DNA of 59,315 bases from positions 1-59,315 of IMG/VR virus record IMGVR_UViG_3300003888_000077; one strand, 5' to 3'. Numbering within the stretch: the first letter of the stretch is position 1; every line of letters begins with the position of its first letter. This DNA is from a virus (taxonomy: Duplodnaviria > Caudoviricetes). Below, piece by piece: positions 9,774 to 18,777 of the stretch. A program made the position numbers and the translations under genes. Under the pieces are notes generated by a model. The model made no database searches. It was not told the origin of the DNA and worked only from the letters and a program-made list of their open reading frames with translations.

Positions 9774-9974
9774 CTACGTTGGCTCTACGTTCAGTGCGTT
9801 GGCAACCGATTGCCGCGCCAGCTCCGGCGTCTGGTTGTGTGCAGCGCAAGCACTGCACTGGCACGTGATGGGCTGTCCCTTGCCAAACTGGATAAGGCGG
9901 TAGCGGGGCTCGCGGTTTACCACTGGGATGGTCACTCCGCTGATGGTGAAGGCCTTCACGCTGCCACCCCGCAA
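9774..9974 (-). CDS. Small hypothetical protein (CxCxxC)
   Basis: ORF in operon orientation; start uncertain. Confidence 0.4.
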   Translation of the reverse strand: MRGGSVKAFTISGVTIPVVNREPRYRLIQFGKGQPITCQCSACAAHNQTPELARQSVANALNVEPT

Positions 9975-10156
9975 AACTGCTCTTGGGGCAACTGTTCAAC
10001 CGTCATGCCAAGGCGCTTTGCCAGGTCGAGGGTTTCACGCTTGAGAGTTTTGGTCCCAGCGATCTGGGCCAACACTCGGGCTGGCTCATTTGCTGGGTAG
10101 GACTGCAGCATGCCGTACACGCTGCGCACTGCGATTTGAATTACTGGGCTTTGCAT
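9956..10156 (-). CDS. Small conserved phage protein
   Basis: RSVYG...YPAN...IAGTKTL; AGGAGG RBS. Confidence 0.7.
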   Translation of the reverse strand: MQSPVIQIAVRSVYGMLQSYPANEPARVLAQIAGTKTLKRETLDLAKRLGMTVEQLPQEQFCGVAA

Positions 10157-10196
10157 TTCCTGACCTCCTATGAATTTCCTGATTACGCCCAGAGAA

Positions 10197-10233
10197 TAAC
10201 CGAAAACGGATTGCAAGTAAACCCCTAAAGGAT
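10197..10233 (-). promoter_or_regulatory. Repressor-operator-like site and probable internal leftward promoter
   Basis: TAACCGAAAACGGATT has the same core as the site at 19493; a degenerate second copy follows. Confidence 0.6.
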
Positions 10234-10249
10234 ATGGCGAGGCACTTTT

Positions 10250-11113
10250 TTAGGCGATGACTTCTCCGCGATCTGCTGCGCGGTCGATGCGCTCAATCTC
10301 GGCCAGGATCAGGGCGCCGGCCTTTACAAGGCCTACTCTAGCGTTAGATGGCTTCAACTGGTAAGGCTCCCACGGCCACATGGGGCCTTTGATTCCTTCT
10401 ACGGCATTCATCTTCAACACTGGCACGTCGAACAATTCCAGGATGTACGCTGCTGCGCCCCTGGCGAGTTCGCCGCAGTCATGCTCGTCATCGTGCTCCG
10501 GCGTCCAACCCTCCACGCTGATCTGGCGCTGGCGCTCGGCCAGAACATCAGACGCTGCCGCAGTAGGCGAACCGCCAAGGGCGTGCTCAAACATGGCGCG
10601 CGCCTGCTCGGCGGTCAAAAGGTTCGTTCCAGTCGGCCATGACTTCTCGTAGCCGCCAAAGAATCTGTGGTTGATGTCGCTGAATGAAATGCCACTGTCT
10701 GGTTGGAAGTCCTTCGGTAGTTTCCATCCAAGGAAGCGGTTCACCATGGCATTGATGTCGACAGCCTGAGCTGCCGGGACAGCCTGCGCAACTGGTGATT
10801 TGTCAGCTGTGGCATCGGCATTGGCGACACCCTTCTTGGCCTGTCCCTGTTGGTAGGGCATCCATTCGCAGTAGCGTGTGGTCACCGGATCGTCACCTTC
10901 TTGGATCAATGTGCACGATGTCACTGTGAAGCGGTTGCCTGCGTGGTCTGTTACGTCCAGGTTGACCATGCGGTCACCGTACACGTAGATCACCGTCGCA
11001 TCCATCGGTTGCGGTCCATGCGATATCGGGTATAGATCCGGCTTGTTGGATGCGAAAATGGGGCCACCGTCGTGGCGGTACCAGACCTTGCGGCCGATTG
11101 TGGGTTTAATCAA
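10250..11113 (-). CDS. Mosaic phage hypothetical protein (three small modules)
   Basis: KPTIGRKVWY; FLGWKLPKDF..PTGTNL; DVLAERQRQISVEGW...LVKAGALILAEIERID. Confidence 0.75.
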   Translation of the reverse strand: MIKPTIGRKVWYRHDGGPIFASNKPDLYPISHGPQPMDATVIYVYGDRMVNLDVTDHAGNRFTVTSCTLIQEGDDPVTTRYCEWMPYQQGQAKKGVANADATADKSPVAQAVPAAQAVDINAMVNRFLGWKLPKDFQPDSGISFSDINHRFFGGYEKSWPTGTNLLTAEQARAMFEHALGGSPTAAASDVLAERQRQISVEGWTPEHDDEHDCGELARGAAAYILELFDVPVLKMNAVEGIKGPMWPWEPYQLKPSNARVGLVKAGALILAEIERIDRAADRGEVIA

Positions 11114-11191
11114 GATTGCTCTCCTTTACGGGTGGTGGTGGAAATGACTGCCGGCTGGCTGTCGTGGGGTGAAATTCGGTTTACCGTCCAG

Positions 11192-11395
11192 TCACGCCAG
11201 GGTCACGGTGACCTTCACAGCCTTCATGTGCCCGCTTCGTTTGCGGCGCTTCACCTGTTCGCGCCAGTGATCGTTGCCAGTAGCGAGCAGTTTTGCCCAT
11301 GCATCCCGGCGTGTCATGCTGATGGTTACGTGGTGAATCCAGGGTTTTGATCGAGCGCCCCACGGCTTGATCTGGATTGCCCAGTAGTGCCTCAT
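11192..11395 (-). CDS. Small basic hypothetical protein
   Basis: ATGA-coupled to the upstream gene. Confidence 0.55.
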   Translation of the reverse strand: MRHYWAIQIKPWGARSKPWIHHVTISMTRRDAWAKLLATGNDHWREQVKRRKRSGHMKAVKVTVTLA

Positions 11396-12252
11396 GCCGT
11401 TCCACTCGTCAGCATTTCCCCGGCCTTGGTGTACGTCTCGCGCAGCGGCCCAGCGCCAATGCCCACCCACTTGTCGGCCGGCTCCCGGGGGCCGAACCAG
11501 CAGAACGGCACCACGGCCGCCACGTTGCCGTCAGCGTGGGCCCAGTTGATGAACGGCTGCGGGTCTTGGCCGAAGGCGCCGCCGGGCAGCAGGATGGTCT
11601 TCGCGTCCGGCCGCTTTGCAGCCAGCAGGGCCTGGTAAGAGCCCTGCAGGATGCTGCTCTTCATGTCGTAGTCATCAACGCCAACCAGATCGAACTGCTC
11701 AATGCAAGTGAACGATTCTGGCTTGGCCGCGTAGATGCATGCCAGTTTCACGCCATCGAGCTCCGAATACCGGGCGGCCACCGAGCGGATGATGGCGCAG
11801 GCCTTGAACAGGTCATCCGGTGTGCTGCAGTTGGTATTGGGTTCGTCCAGCGGCACAAGGGCTTGCACGAACTGCAGGGCGCCGCTCACATCCAGGTAGT
11901 CGAGCAGTTCCGTCAGGTTGGACTCCGCGTCCTGACGCAGCCGGAAATTTTTTCCGCTGTCGGCGAATCGTTCAAACAGCTGGGAGGAGACATCCAGCAC
12001 CGTGAATGAGCGCATTTTCAGCATGTCGAGGATGGCTTGCGTGGCGCCATGGAACTGGCACTCCCAGTGCAGGTTGGTGTGGCCTTTGACCTCGGCTACC
12101 TGGCCTGTTTCGCACCCGTAGTAGCCGAACAGCAGATCCTTGCGGAGTACGACCGGCGTCGGCACGGTGATGTCGTGGCCCTGGGGCTGGCGGTTGCGCC
12201 AGTAGGCAACGGCGAGGAAGAGGGCGATTGCGGCGATGATGTAGATGGTCAT
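11392..12252 (-). CDS. Membrane-anchored protein, possibly glycoside-hydrolase-like TIM barrel
   Basis: N-terminal hydrophobic helix; LDEPN and FDLVGVDDY motifs. Confidence 0.55.
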   Translation of the reverse strand: MTIYIIAAIALFLAVAYWRNRQPQGHDITVPTPVVLRKDLLFGYYGCETGQVAEVKGHTNLHWECQFHGATQAILDMLKMRSFTVLDVSSQLFERFADSGKNFRLRQDAESNLTELLDYLDVSGALQFVQALVPLDEPNTNCSTPDDLFKACAIIRSVAARYSELDGVKLACIYAAKPESFTCIEQFDLVGVDDYDMKSSILQGSYQALLAAKRPDAKTILLPGGAFGQDPQPFINWAHADGNVAAVVPFCWFGPREPADKWVGIGAGPLRETYTKAGEMLTSGTA

Positions 12253-12285
12253 GGCGATTTGGCTTTCTGGTGAGGTTGGGGTGGC

Positions 12286-12783
12286 TCAGGGGTTATTGAC
12301 GAAGGGTGTCAGCGGCGTGTCGTACCCCAGCATCAGCGGGTGCATTGGGTCGCCGCTGGCGGTGAGTCCAAAGGAGAGCAGGGGTTTCCCACTGGCGCGA
12401 AGCAGCTCCAGCAATTCGTCGATGCTTGCGTGCAGGCTCTTCGGGACCTTGTTGCGGTTGCCCCAACACGGCACCAGGTAGTCGGCATCGGCGATGATGC
12501 GTACCAGGTGTGAGTGGTTAGTTGCGAGCTGACCAACCGTCATTGGGTGACGTGCCAGCTCGCGTACGTCCGTGGCTCGGTATGCGAATGCATTGCCAAC
12601 GATGAAGGCCGAGGCGCCCCAGCGCTTGGTGAATCCGATCCACTTGCGCACGGTGGCGTCATCAAGGTTGGCATCGGCCGTGCTCGGGTTGATGCCGAAG
12701 AAGGCATAAACCGGGCCTTCCATGGCAATGATGCGCTCCAGCCGGTAGCGGTACTGGCCGCAGGGGGAAATGATGGCGGTCAT
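12286..12783 (-). CDS. DUF1643 family protein
   Basis: SPCGQYRYRL, GINPSTAD, DDATVRK, CWG, PMHPL. Confidence 0.9.
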   Translation of the reverse strand: MTAIISPCGQYRYRLERIIAMEGPVYAFFGINPSTADANLDDATVRKWIGFTKRWGASAFIVGNAFAYRATDVRELARHPMTVGQLATNHSHLVRIIADADYLVPCWGNRNKVPKSLHASIDELLELLRASGKPLLSFGLTASGDPMHPLMLGYDTPLTPFVNNP

Positions 12784-13286
12784 ATCTGTGCGGCTCCTCG
12801 CAGAATGGGTGCCACGTGGCCCAGGCCGCTGCGCTGCAGGGCGGCCACGTTGTAGTTGCCGTACGCAACCAGGCAAATGGGGGCGCCGGAGTTGAAGGGT
12901 GCGCGGCTGCCGTCCACGCGGTGGAAGTGGGGGCGGCCGGCGATGAAGCACACGGCATCGGCCGCGCGCCACACGGTCTCGACAAACATGGCGGTTTCGG
13001 TGCGGGCCGGTATCAGTGCGATGCCGTCACCGTGCTGGGACAGCTTGCGCATCCACAGGATGGCCTGGCGGCCAAATGGCGGATTCATCCACACGCGGCC
13101 ATGCCACTCGCGCTGCAGGCCGTCGTCTTCAATGGTGAAGTGCTCATAGGCGGTTGGCCACGGGCGGCGCTCGGCGATGGGTGCGCAGGGGTCCAGGTCG
13201 AAGCGGCCGAGCCTGGACAGGATCTCGGGCGGTGTGAGCCATTCGTCCGTTCCCATTCGTGATGATTGGTGGGCGCTTAGGCTCAT
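12780..13286 (-). CDS. Phage-type DNA N6-adenine methyltransferase
   Basis: DEWLTP, FDLDPCA, VWMNPPFG, LIPARTET. Confidence 0.9.
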   Translation of the reverse strand: MSLSAHQSSRMGTDEWLTPPEILSRLGRFDLDPCAPIAERRPWPTAYEHFTIEDDGLQREWHGRVWMNPPFGRQAILWMRKLSQHGDGIALIPARTETAMFVETVWRAADAVCFIAGRPHFHRVDGSRAPFNSGAPICLVAYGNYNVAALQRSGLGHVAPILRGAAQI

Positions 13287-13915
13287 TGCTGGCCACCTTT
13301 CAGCAGCTTGAACTCCACCACCCATACCCAGGGGTTGGCGTCCCAGCTTCCGGGGCCGTTGATGGATTCCCACAGTTCCTTGTAGGCGAGAACCGCTGTC
13401 GGCCATAGCCCACATTTCCTATCATCCATTTTGTGCGTGTAGCCAGAGCAGATTGGGAATCCATCGTCAGGGCGGAATGGATAGCAGTTAATCCCTTCTG
13501 CCCGTGCATCGGCCTCGCTGATGTCCTGCAGCCGCTCCACGCGCACGCTGACGATTTCCAGCAGGATGCGGCTGGCCCAGCGTGGCATGAACATGCTCGG
13601 GCGCAGCTTCCCGGCTCCAGGCTGGTGCAGCGCGTCGGCCTCGTACCAGATCCGGTGTGCCGGATTCAGATCGCGTGGCGGAAGATGATCGGCCTCGGCT
13701 ACCGTGCGCCATCCTTCGCGCCCCCAAAGCTGGTCACCTGGGTTCCCGTAGGGGCACAGGTTGTTCTTCGGGTTGGCAACGAACTCGGGCGTGAACTCCA
13801 GCGACTCCAGCCACTCCAGGGCGATGCCCTTGACTAGGCGGCTGGTCTGAGTCTTGATCCCGGCCAGTACGGCCAATGCCATAGCGGCCTTGTAGAGAAT
13901 CTGGCGGCACTTCAC
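13283..13915 (-). CDS. ASCH/PUA-like phage protein
   Basis: KTQTSR, PSMFMPRWASRILLEI..RVERLQDISEADARAEG, WDANPWVWVVEF. Confidence 0.8.
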   Translation of the reverse strand: MKCRQILYKAAMALAVLAGIKTQTSRLVKGIALEWLESLEFTPEFVANPKNNLCPYGNPGDQLWGREGWRTVAEADHLPPRDLNPAHRIWYEADALHQPGAGKLRPSMFMPRWASRILLEIVSVRVERLQDISEADARAEGINCYPFRPDDGFPICSGYTHKMDDRKCGLWPTAVLAYKELWESINGPGSWDANPWVWVVEFKLLKGGQQ

Positions 13916-14403
13916 TCCATCCATTGCACGCACCCCGCAGTTTCACACTTGCCATGGACATGGCCGTTTACCGATGACTGGGAAAGGTGGAGGCGGCCGG
14001 AGCAAATCGGGCAGGGGACAACCTCCTGGCGGCTCTTCTGCGGCGCTGGATGCACTCGCCACTGAGCGGCAACCCTGATGGCCGTCATGGCCTTCTTGAT
14101 TTCCAGCTCGGTCTCTTCACGGTCAGCTTGCACCTGCTCGGCGGTGGGCTCGACGCGAAGAGTGCAGGGGATCATTTCCTGCTCGCGGCGGTCAATCTCG
14201 ATACGCTTGGTCGGCTCGCCTGGCTTGACGTAGGTGCCACGCCCATGCGCAGGCACCTCGCGGAACAGGATGCACGGTAGCCGCAGGAAGATGCCGGGCT
14301 TGTCTCCTTGGAAGGCCTCGCGCATGTCAACGCCAGCCTTACAGACACAGGTTCCGTTATCGAACAGAAGCCCGTCGTAGTGAATGCAGGTTCCTGGGTT
14401 CAT
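13912..14403 (-). CDS. Zn-finger hypothetical protein
   Basis: CPICSG...NGHVHGKCETAGC; coupled starts and stops. Confidence 0.7.
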   Translation of the reverse strand: MNPGTCIHYDGLLFDNGTCVCKAGVDMREAFQGDKPGIFLRLPCILFREVPAHGRGTYVKPGEPTKRIEIDRREQEMIPCTLRVEPTAEQVQADREETELEIKKAMTAIRVAAQWRVHPAPQKSRQEVVPCPICSGRLHLSQSSVNGHVHGKCETAGCVQWME

Positions 14404-16301
14404 ACCATCGAACCTTTCACACTGATCGCCACCGCCACCGGTCGCACCCAGATGGGCTTGGCCGACAAGCTGAACGTCTCCCCGGCCTTGGCCAGAAGCA
14501 GTGTCTCGCCCATCACCTCGGCAATCGCCTGGGCGGCGTCTGGCGGCACGGCGTTGCCGATGCGCTCGCGCCAGTCCTGATCGCTCAGGCCGTCCAGCTC
14601 CAGCTGCTCCTCGGGGTCCACCAGGCTCTGCAGGGCGGCCAGCTCCAGCGTGGTGAATGGCCGATGCCAGGTGCCATCCAGCGCCTCGATGCGGCACACC
14701 AGCTTGTCGGCCGGCGCCGGAATGCTGCGAGGGTCGGCCACGCTCCAGTGCCCGTTGTCGTGGCAGGCAGCAGCTGCAACGGCATAGCTCGCCTGATCCC
14801 ACGGTACCACGCCATAGTGGCCGCCGGTCAGGTAGTGGTCGCCCTTGCCCCGCTGCATGCTGGGCCGTGGGTCGGCAACGGCAAAGGCGCCCTGGCCAGT
14901 GGTGCTGCCGCTGATCACAGTCCCAGCAGGTTCGGCGAAGTCAGTCACCGGATACTTGGCGAAAGATGGGCCGGCCCGGCGTGGGTCCGCCACCGCCTGT
15001 CCCGTGCCGTGCGCGCTGGTCACGGCCTGCGCGGCGCGGTCCCAGGGGACGATGCGGAACTCGTTGGAGTGCTTAGCCGGCCCTCCGTGGCGGGGGTCGG
15101 CGACTGCGTAGGCACCCTGGCCCGGGCTCTGCTGGCCAGCGATGGCGCCTGTCGTGCTGTCCCAGCCATGCACGCCGTAGGCCTGGCCATCTTTCCACTT
15201 GCCGGACTGTTCAAACCGAGGATCAGCGACAGCGAAGCGGCCGTTGCTTGGCAGTGACTCGCCTGATACAGCTCCTGCGGTATCGTTCCAGCGGTTCACC
15301 CCGTATCCGGCGGCATAGAGCTGCTGGCGTGGATCCGCGATGGAGAATGCTCCATTGCTCGGGGTATTGCGACCTGCCACGGTGCCCATGGTTTCGTCCC
15401 ACCGGTTAACGCCCATGTATCCGCCACGGTAGTCCGGCATCACTAGGTAGTCCCGCAGATGTCCGTTCTCCACCGCCAGCTTGTTCAGGCTGCGCCAGTC
15501 GCTGCCGGCCTCCACAAAGGCCAGGCGAACCCAGGTCTTCCACTGCAAGGCCGGGATGCGGTGCATAGGCCCGGCACGCAGATCGCCCGGCAGCAGCATT
15601 CGCCCCAGCACGTCGCCCACCGCGCGCAGCGGCTTCTTGTCCGGCTCGTACAGGAACGGCGGCACCTTCTCCATGTGGCGAGCCACCAACAAAAAACGCT
15701 TGCGGCTCTGCGCCAGGCCGCCCAGCTCGCCGCAATCGTGCGTCGTCTCGGCCACGGCGTAGCCATAGGCGCGCAGCATGGCGGTGATCTGGTCCAGCAG
15801 GTGGCGGCCCCGGGTGGCGATGCGCGGCACGTTCTCGAACAGAATCATGTCGATGGGGTCGTCCTTGTAGGCCTCCAGCGTCAGCCACACCCCGCGCAGC
15901 GTCAGGCGGTTCAGCGCCTGGTACTTGTTGGTCAGGCTCTTGGACTCCGACAGCAGGCCGCTGAACCCCTTGCACGGGGCCGACAAAAACAGCACATGCG
16001 GGCGCTCAAACCCAAAGGCCCGGTGAATGTCCGCCGGCAGTGCCTGCTTCCACCCGGGCGGCGGCATGTGCCCGTGGAAGGCCAGGTACTGCTCCAGGTC
16101 GAACATATCCAGCACCGTGCCGGGCACGCCGGCAGCGCGCCCAAAATCGCGGATGCCGGCCGGGTCCACGTCGACGCCACCCAGGCACCGCCATTTGCCC
16201 ACCATGGATCCGACGACAGGGCGCGCGGCATTGAAGCCCTTGGCGCCGCCACCCAGGCCGCAGAATAGGTGCGCGTGGCGCAGGTCGGTCGGTTGGATCA
16301 T
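14400..16301 (-). CDS. DNA (cytosine-5) methyltransferase with internal ADPR repeats
   Basis: HLFCGLGG, APCKGFS, FENV, QSRKR, RIGNAVPP. Confidence 0.92.
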   Translation of the reverse strand: MIQPTDLRHAHLFCGLGGGAKGFNAARPVVGSMVGKWRCLGGVDVDPAGIRDFGRAAGVPGTVLDMFDLEQYLAFHGHMPPPGWKQALPADIHRAFGFERPHVLFLSAPCKGFSGLLSESKSLTNKYQALNRLTLRGVWLTLEAYKDDPIDMILFENVPRIATRGRHLLDQITAMLRAYGYAVAETTHDCGELGGLAQSRKRFLLVARHMEKVPPFLYEPDKKPLRAVGDVLGRMLLPGDLRAGPMHRIPALQWKTWVRLAFVEAGSDWRSLNKLAVENGHLRDYLVMPDYRGGYMGVNRWDETMGTVAGRNTPSNGAFSIADPRQQLYAAGYGVNRWNDTAGAVSGESLPSNGRFAVADPRFEQSGKWKDGQAYGVHGWDSTTGAIAGQQSPGQGAYAVADPRHGGPAKHSNEFRIVPWDRAAQAVTSAHGTGQAVADPRRAGPSFAKYPVTDFAEPAGTVISGSTTGQGAFAVADPRPSMQRGKGDHYLTGGHYGVVPWDQASYAVAAAACHDNGHWSVADPRSIPAPADKLVCRIEALDGTWHRPFTTLELAALQSLVDPEEQLELDGLSDQDWRERIGNAVPPDAAQAIAEVMGETLLLAKAGETFSLSAKPIWVRPVAVAISVKGSMV

Positions 16302-16531
16302 CGCACCCCCCAGATCAACATGAAGATGCACACGACGCCGACGACAACACTCGCGCCGGTTACCAGCCGGTCCTGCCAGTCCATTGGCCTGTCTTCCTCC
16401 TGCAGCTGCCACGGTTCGGCCTCTACGCGGGGTTCCATGGGAACAAAATAACCGTTTTCGGGTATTGATTGGCGTGCCAATTCCTGCCGTAGTTTCTTTG
16501 ACGGCACGGGTTGTCCGGTGATGACAATCAT
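16298..16531 (-). CDS. Small protein with a C-terminal transmembrane helix
   Basis: ATGA coupling to the RT stop and the methylase start. Confidence 0.6.
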   Translation of the reverse strand: MIVITGQPVPSKKLRQELARQSIPENGYFVPMEPRVEAEPWQLQEEDRPMDWQDRLVTGASVVVGVVCIFMLIWGVR

Positions 16532-17637
16532 GACTTAGCTCTCTTTCTGTAAACCTTGGTGAAGTGGCCCTCGACCGTGTGCCCGCGCTGCATCAGCAGG
16601 CTGGCCAGTTGGGCGCGGTCGTGGTGGCTGTGGGAAGCCTGTCCCAGCAGGCCGAAATAGCTGTTGGCGCTCTGGTTCAGGTCGGCAGCGGGCATGTCCC
16701 AAAGGCGGTCCATAGCCACGCGCACGGTATTGCGGCGGGTGATGCGCCGCCAGGGCTTGACGAGGTGGCCAACGAAGTCGATGCCACGTGCCACGGGCTG
16801 CAGGATGGTCTTGCGCGGGTTCAGCTGCAGGCGCAGACCGGCCAGGCGGTCCTCGATGGATGCGCGGGCCTGGTTGAGCCACTGGGGCGACTCGTGCAAA
16901 AGCAGGAAGTCATCCACGTAGCGCACATAGTGCGGGGCCTGCAGCCCGTGTTTGACGAACTGGTCCAGGTCATCCAGCAGCACGTTGGCAAAGAACTGGC
17001 TGCTCAGGTTGCCAATAGGCAGGCCGTGGTCTGCCGGGGCGTTGAACAGGCTCTTGTGCGCGGGCACCAGGGCAAGCTCGCGGCGGCTTCCGCGCACGTC
17101 TACATGCTGGCGTGGGTCATGGCTGAGAATGACATCGGCCAGCGCCATCCACCAGGTCTCGGTGATCTGGCGCTGCAGCTGGGCACGCAGCACACCCTTG
17201 TCAATGGAGACAAAGAAGTTGGCCAGGTCACACTTGAGGTAGTGCGCCGGGCGGCTCCAGTTGTTGGTATAGCTGCGTACCTGTGATTCGAGCCGCTTGG
17301 CGGCGTACAGGGTGCCGCGGCCGGGAATGCAGGCGCAACTGTCTGCCACAAAGCGGGCATGGAAGTGCGGCGCAATGTGGTTGTACAGCAGGTGGTGCAC
17401 GATGCGGTCGCGAAACTCTGCAGCCCATACCTCCCGCGGGCGCGGGTGGGTGATGACAAAGCAGACCGAGCGCCCTGGCTGGTAGGTGCCAGATGCCAGT
17501 TCATCGTGCAGCTGGCAAAGGTTGTGCTCGGCCCTGGCCTCAAAGGCCAGTGCACTGGCGCTGCTGCGCTTGGTTACACGGCAATCGAGGTAGGCCTGTA
17601 CCAGGTCGGAGAACAGGTGTGGATCTGCGGACGGCAA
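16528..17637 (-). CDS. brt: DGR reverse transcriptase; start uncertain (TTG 17637 proposed, frame open to 17976)
   Basis: FRDRIVHH, KCDLANFF, GLPIGNLSSQ (DGR-type IGxxxSQ), RYVDD, GIDFVGH. Confidence 0.95.
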   Translation of the reverse strand: MPSADPHLFSDLVQAYLDCRVTKRSSASALAFEARAEHNLCQLHDELASGTYQPGRSVCFVITHPRPREVWAAEFRDRIVHHLLYNHIAPHFHARFVADSCACIPGRGTLYAAKRLESQVRSYTNNWSRPAHYLKCDLANFFVSIDKGVLRAQLQRQITETWWMALADVILSHDPRQHVDVRGSRRELALVPAHKSLFNAPADHGLPIGNLSSQFFANVLLDDLDQFVKHGLQAPHYVRYVDDFLLLHESPQWLNQARASIEDRLAGLRLQLNPRKTILQPVARGIDFVGHLVKPWRRITRRNTVRVAMDRLWDMPAADLNQSANSYFGLLGQASHSHHDRAQLASLLMQRGHTVEGHFTKVYRKRAKS

Positions 17638-17715
17638 CAGCACAGCCCTCGTAGGACTTGTGGTTGTTGTTCTGGTTGCCGTTGTTGAAGTTGCAATTCC
17701 AGGCGTAGGAAGCGT
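17624..17715 (-). repeat. DGR template repeat (TR)
   Basis: AAC-rich; reads ASYAWNCNFNNGNQNNNHKSYEGCAVAVR; aligns without gaps to both VRs. Confidence 0.96.
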
Positions 17716-17888
17716 ACCCATCCCGCTTGTGAGGCCGCCGTGCCGAAGGCCTGGGCCGATCAGCAGGGAAGCTGCGCCAGACCGGGCCTGCGCGTTGGCA
17801 GCGGTATCTGTGGTGCGCATGTCGGTGGCCTTGTGGGCCAGCGGCGGGACCAGATTCACTATGCGCACGGGCATGAGGGCCTTGACCG

Positions 17889-18251
17889 TCATACAGCAGG
17901 CGCCCTGTTCGAGTTTTTGAGCCAGCCGCCAGCCTGCTTGCCGATGCTGCCCAGCAGTTCGATGGACGTGGCCCACAGCTTGGGCGAGATGTACCTAGCA
18001 TCAAAGCTGACCCGCAGCAGCACCGTCATGGCGCGTTGGCGGGTGAGCAGCTGCTCGATGTGGCCGGCGCGGGTGTCGCGCTGCGTGGCGTTAGCCAGGG
18101 CCATCAGATCGAGCATTTCAACGCAGTGCTGGGTGATCTTCTCGCCCAGGGCGCGTTTGACGGTGCGCGGCATTTGCACCTGGGCCTTGACCGCGAGGTC
18201 AAGCAGACGCACGCCGGTGCGGTAGATCGGCAGATCAGTGTGCAGGGCCAT
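17889..18251 (-). CDS. avd: Accessory variability determinant (four-helix bundle)
   Basis: 120-aa basic helical protein between target and TR; LPIY...MPR...LGEKI...IGKQAGGW. Confidence 0.88.
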   Translation of the reverse strand: MALHTDLPIYRTGVRLLDLAVKAQVQMPRTVKRALGEKITQHCVEMLDLMALANATQRDTRAGHIEQLLTRQRAMTVLLRVSFDARYISPKLWATSIELLGSIGKQAGGWLKNSNRAPAV

Positions 18252-18289
18252 GGGGCGGCTCAATTCAAAGGATTAAAGGACTGAAGGAC

Positions 18290-18745
18290 TCATACTCTGC
18301 GGACGGCAACAGCACAGCCCTCGTAGGACTTGTGGTCGTCGAACTGGTAGCCGCTGGTGAAGTCGCAATACCAGGCGTAGGAAGCGTCATCCTCGTGGGT
18401 CTGGCTGGACCAGTGCCAGTCGGGCTTGAGGTGCGGTTTGCAGTTGGCGAACAGCAGGGCCTGCTCCTGGCGCGTCGGCAGTTCACCGCCAATGCTGGCT
18501 GCCCAGTCCATGGCGGCTTGCCAATTGAGCTTCTTGTCATGGCGGGCGGCCATCAGGATCAGGTGATGCAAGTGCTGGCCGTTTTGATCCAGCACGGCGC
18601 CGGCGTAGTGCTCGCCGGGTTCGAGTTCAATGGTGCATTCATCGATCTCGATTTCGATGGGGTCTTTGGCAGCAACGAGCTGCTGAATCATTTGCGCCAG
18701 CTCGGTCTGCTTGGCTTGGATGGCTTCAATGGTTACTGGGGACAT
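18290..18745 (-). CDS. DGR target 1, DUF1566/CLec-like protein (151 aa)
   Basis: WQAAMDWA..GGELPTRQEQ..WHWSS..AW; VR1 at the 3' end; GGAG RBS. Confidence 0.9.
   Translation of the reverse strand: MSPVTIEAIQAKQTELAQMIQQLVAAKDPIEIEIDECTIELEPGEHYAGAVLDQNGQHLHHLILMAARHDKKLNWQAAMDWAASIGGELPTRQEQALLFANCKPHLKPDWHWSSQTHEDDASYAWYCDFTSGYQFDDHKSYEGCAVAVRRV
18296..18387 (-). repeat. Variable repeat VR1
   Basis: 92 bp aligned to TR with 9 mismatches, all at TR adenines. Confidence 0.96.
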
Positions 18746-18777
18746 GGTGGCTCCGCGAAAAAAAAAGGATTGAAGGA

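Noticed and set aside
16528-17976. RT as a group II intron, retron or Abi RT
   Set aside because: The IGxxxSQ motif, adjacent Avd and adenine-specific TR/VR pairs identify a DGR; there is no maturase or endonuclease extension
17540-18004. 154-aa ORF containing the TR as a third target gene
   Set aside because: It is the TR read in the VR frame; it lacks the upstream CLec-like core and overlaps avd and RT
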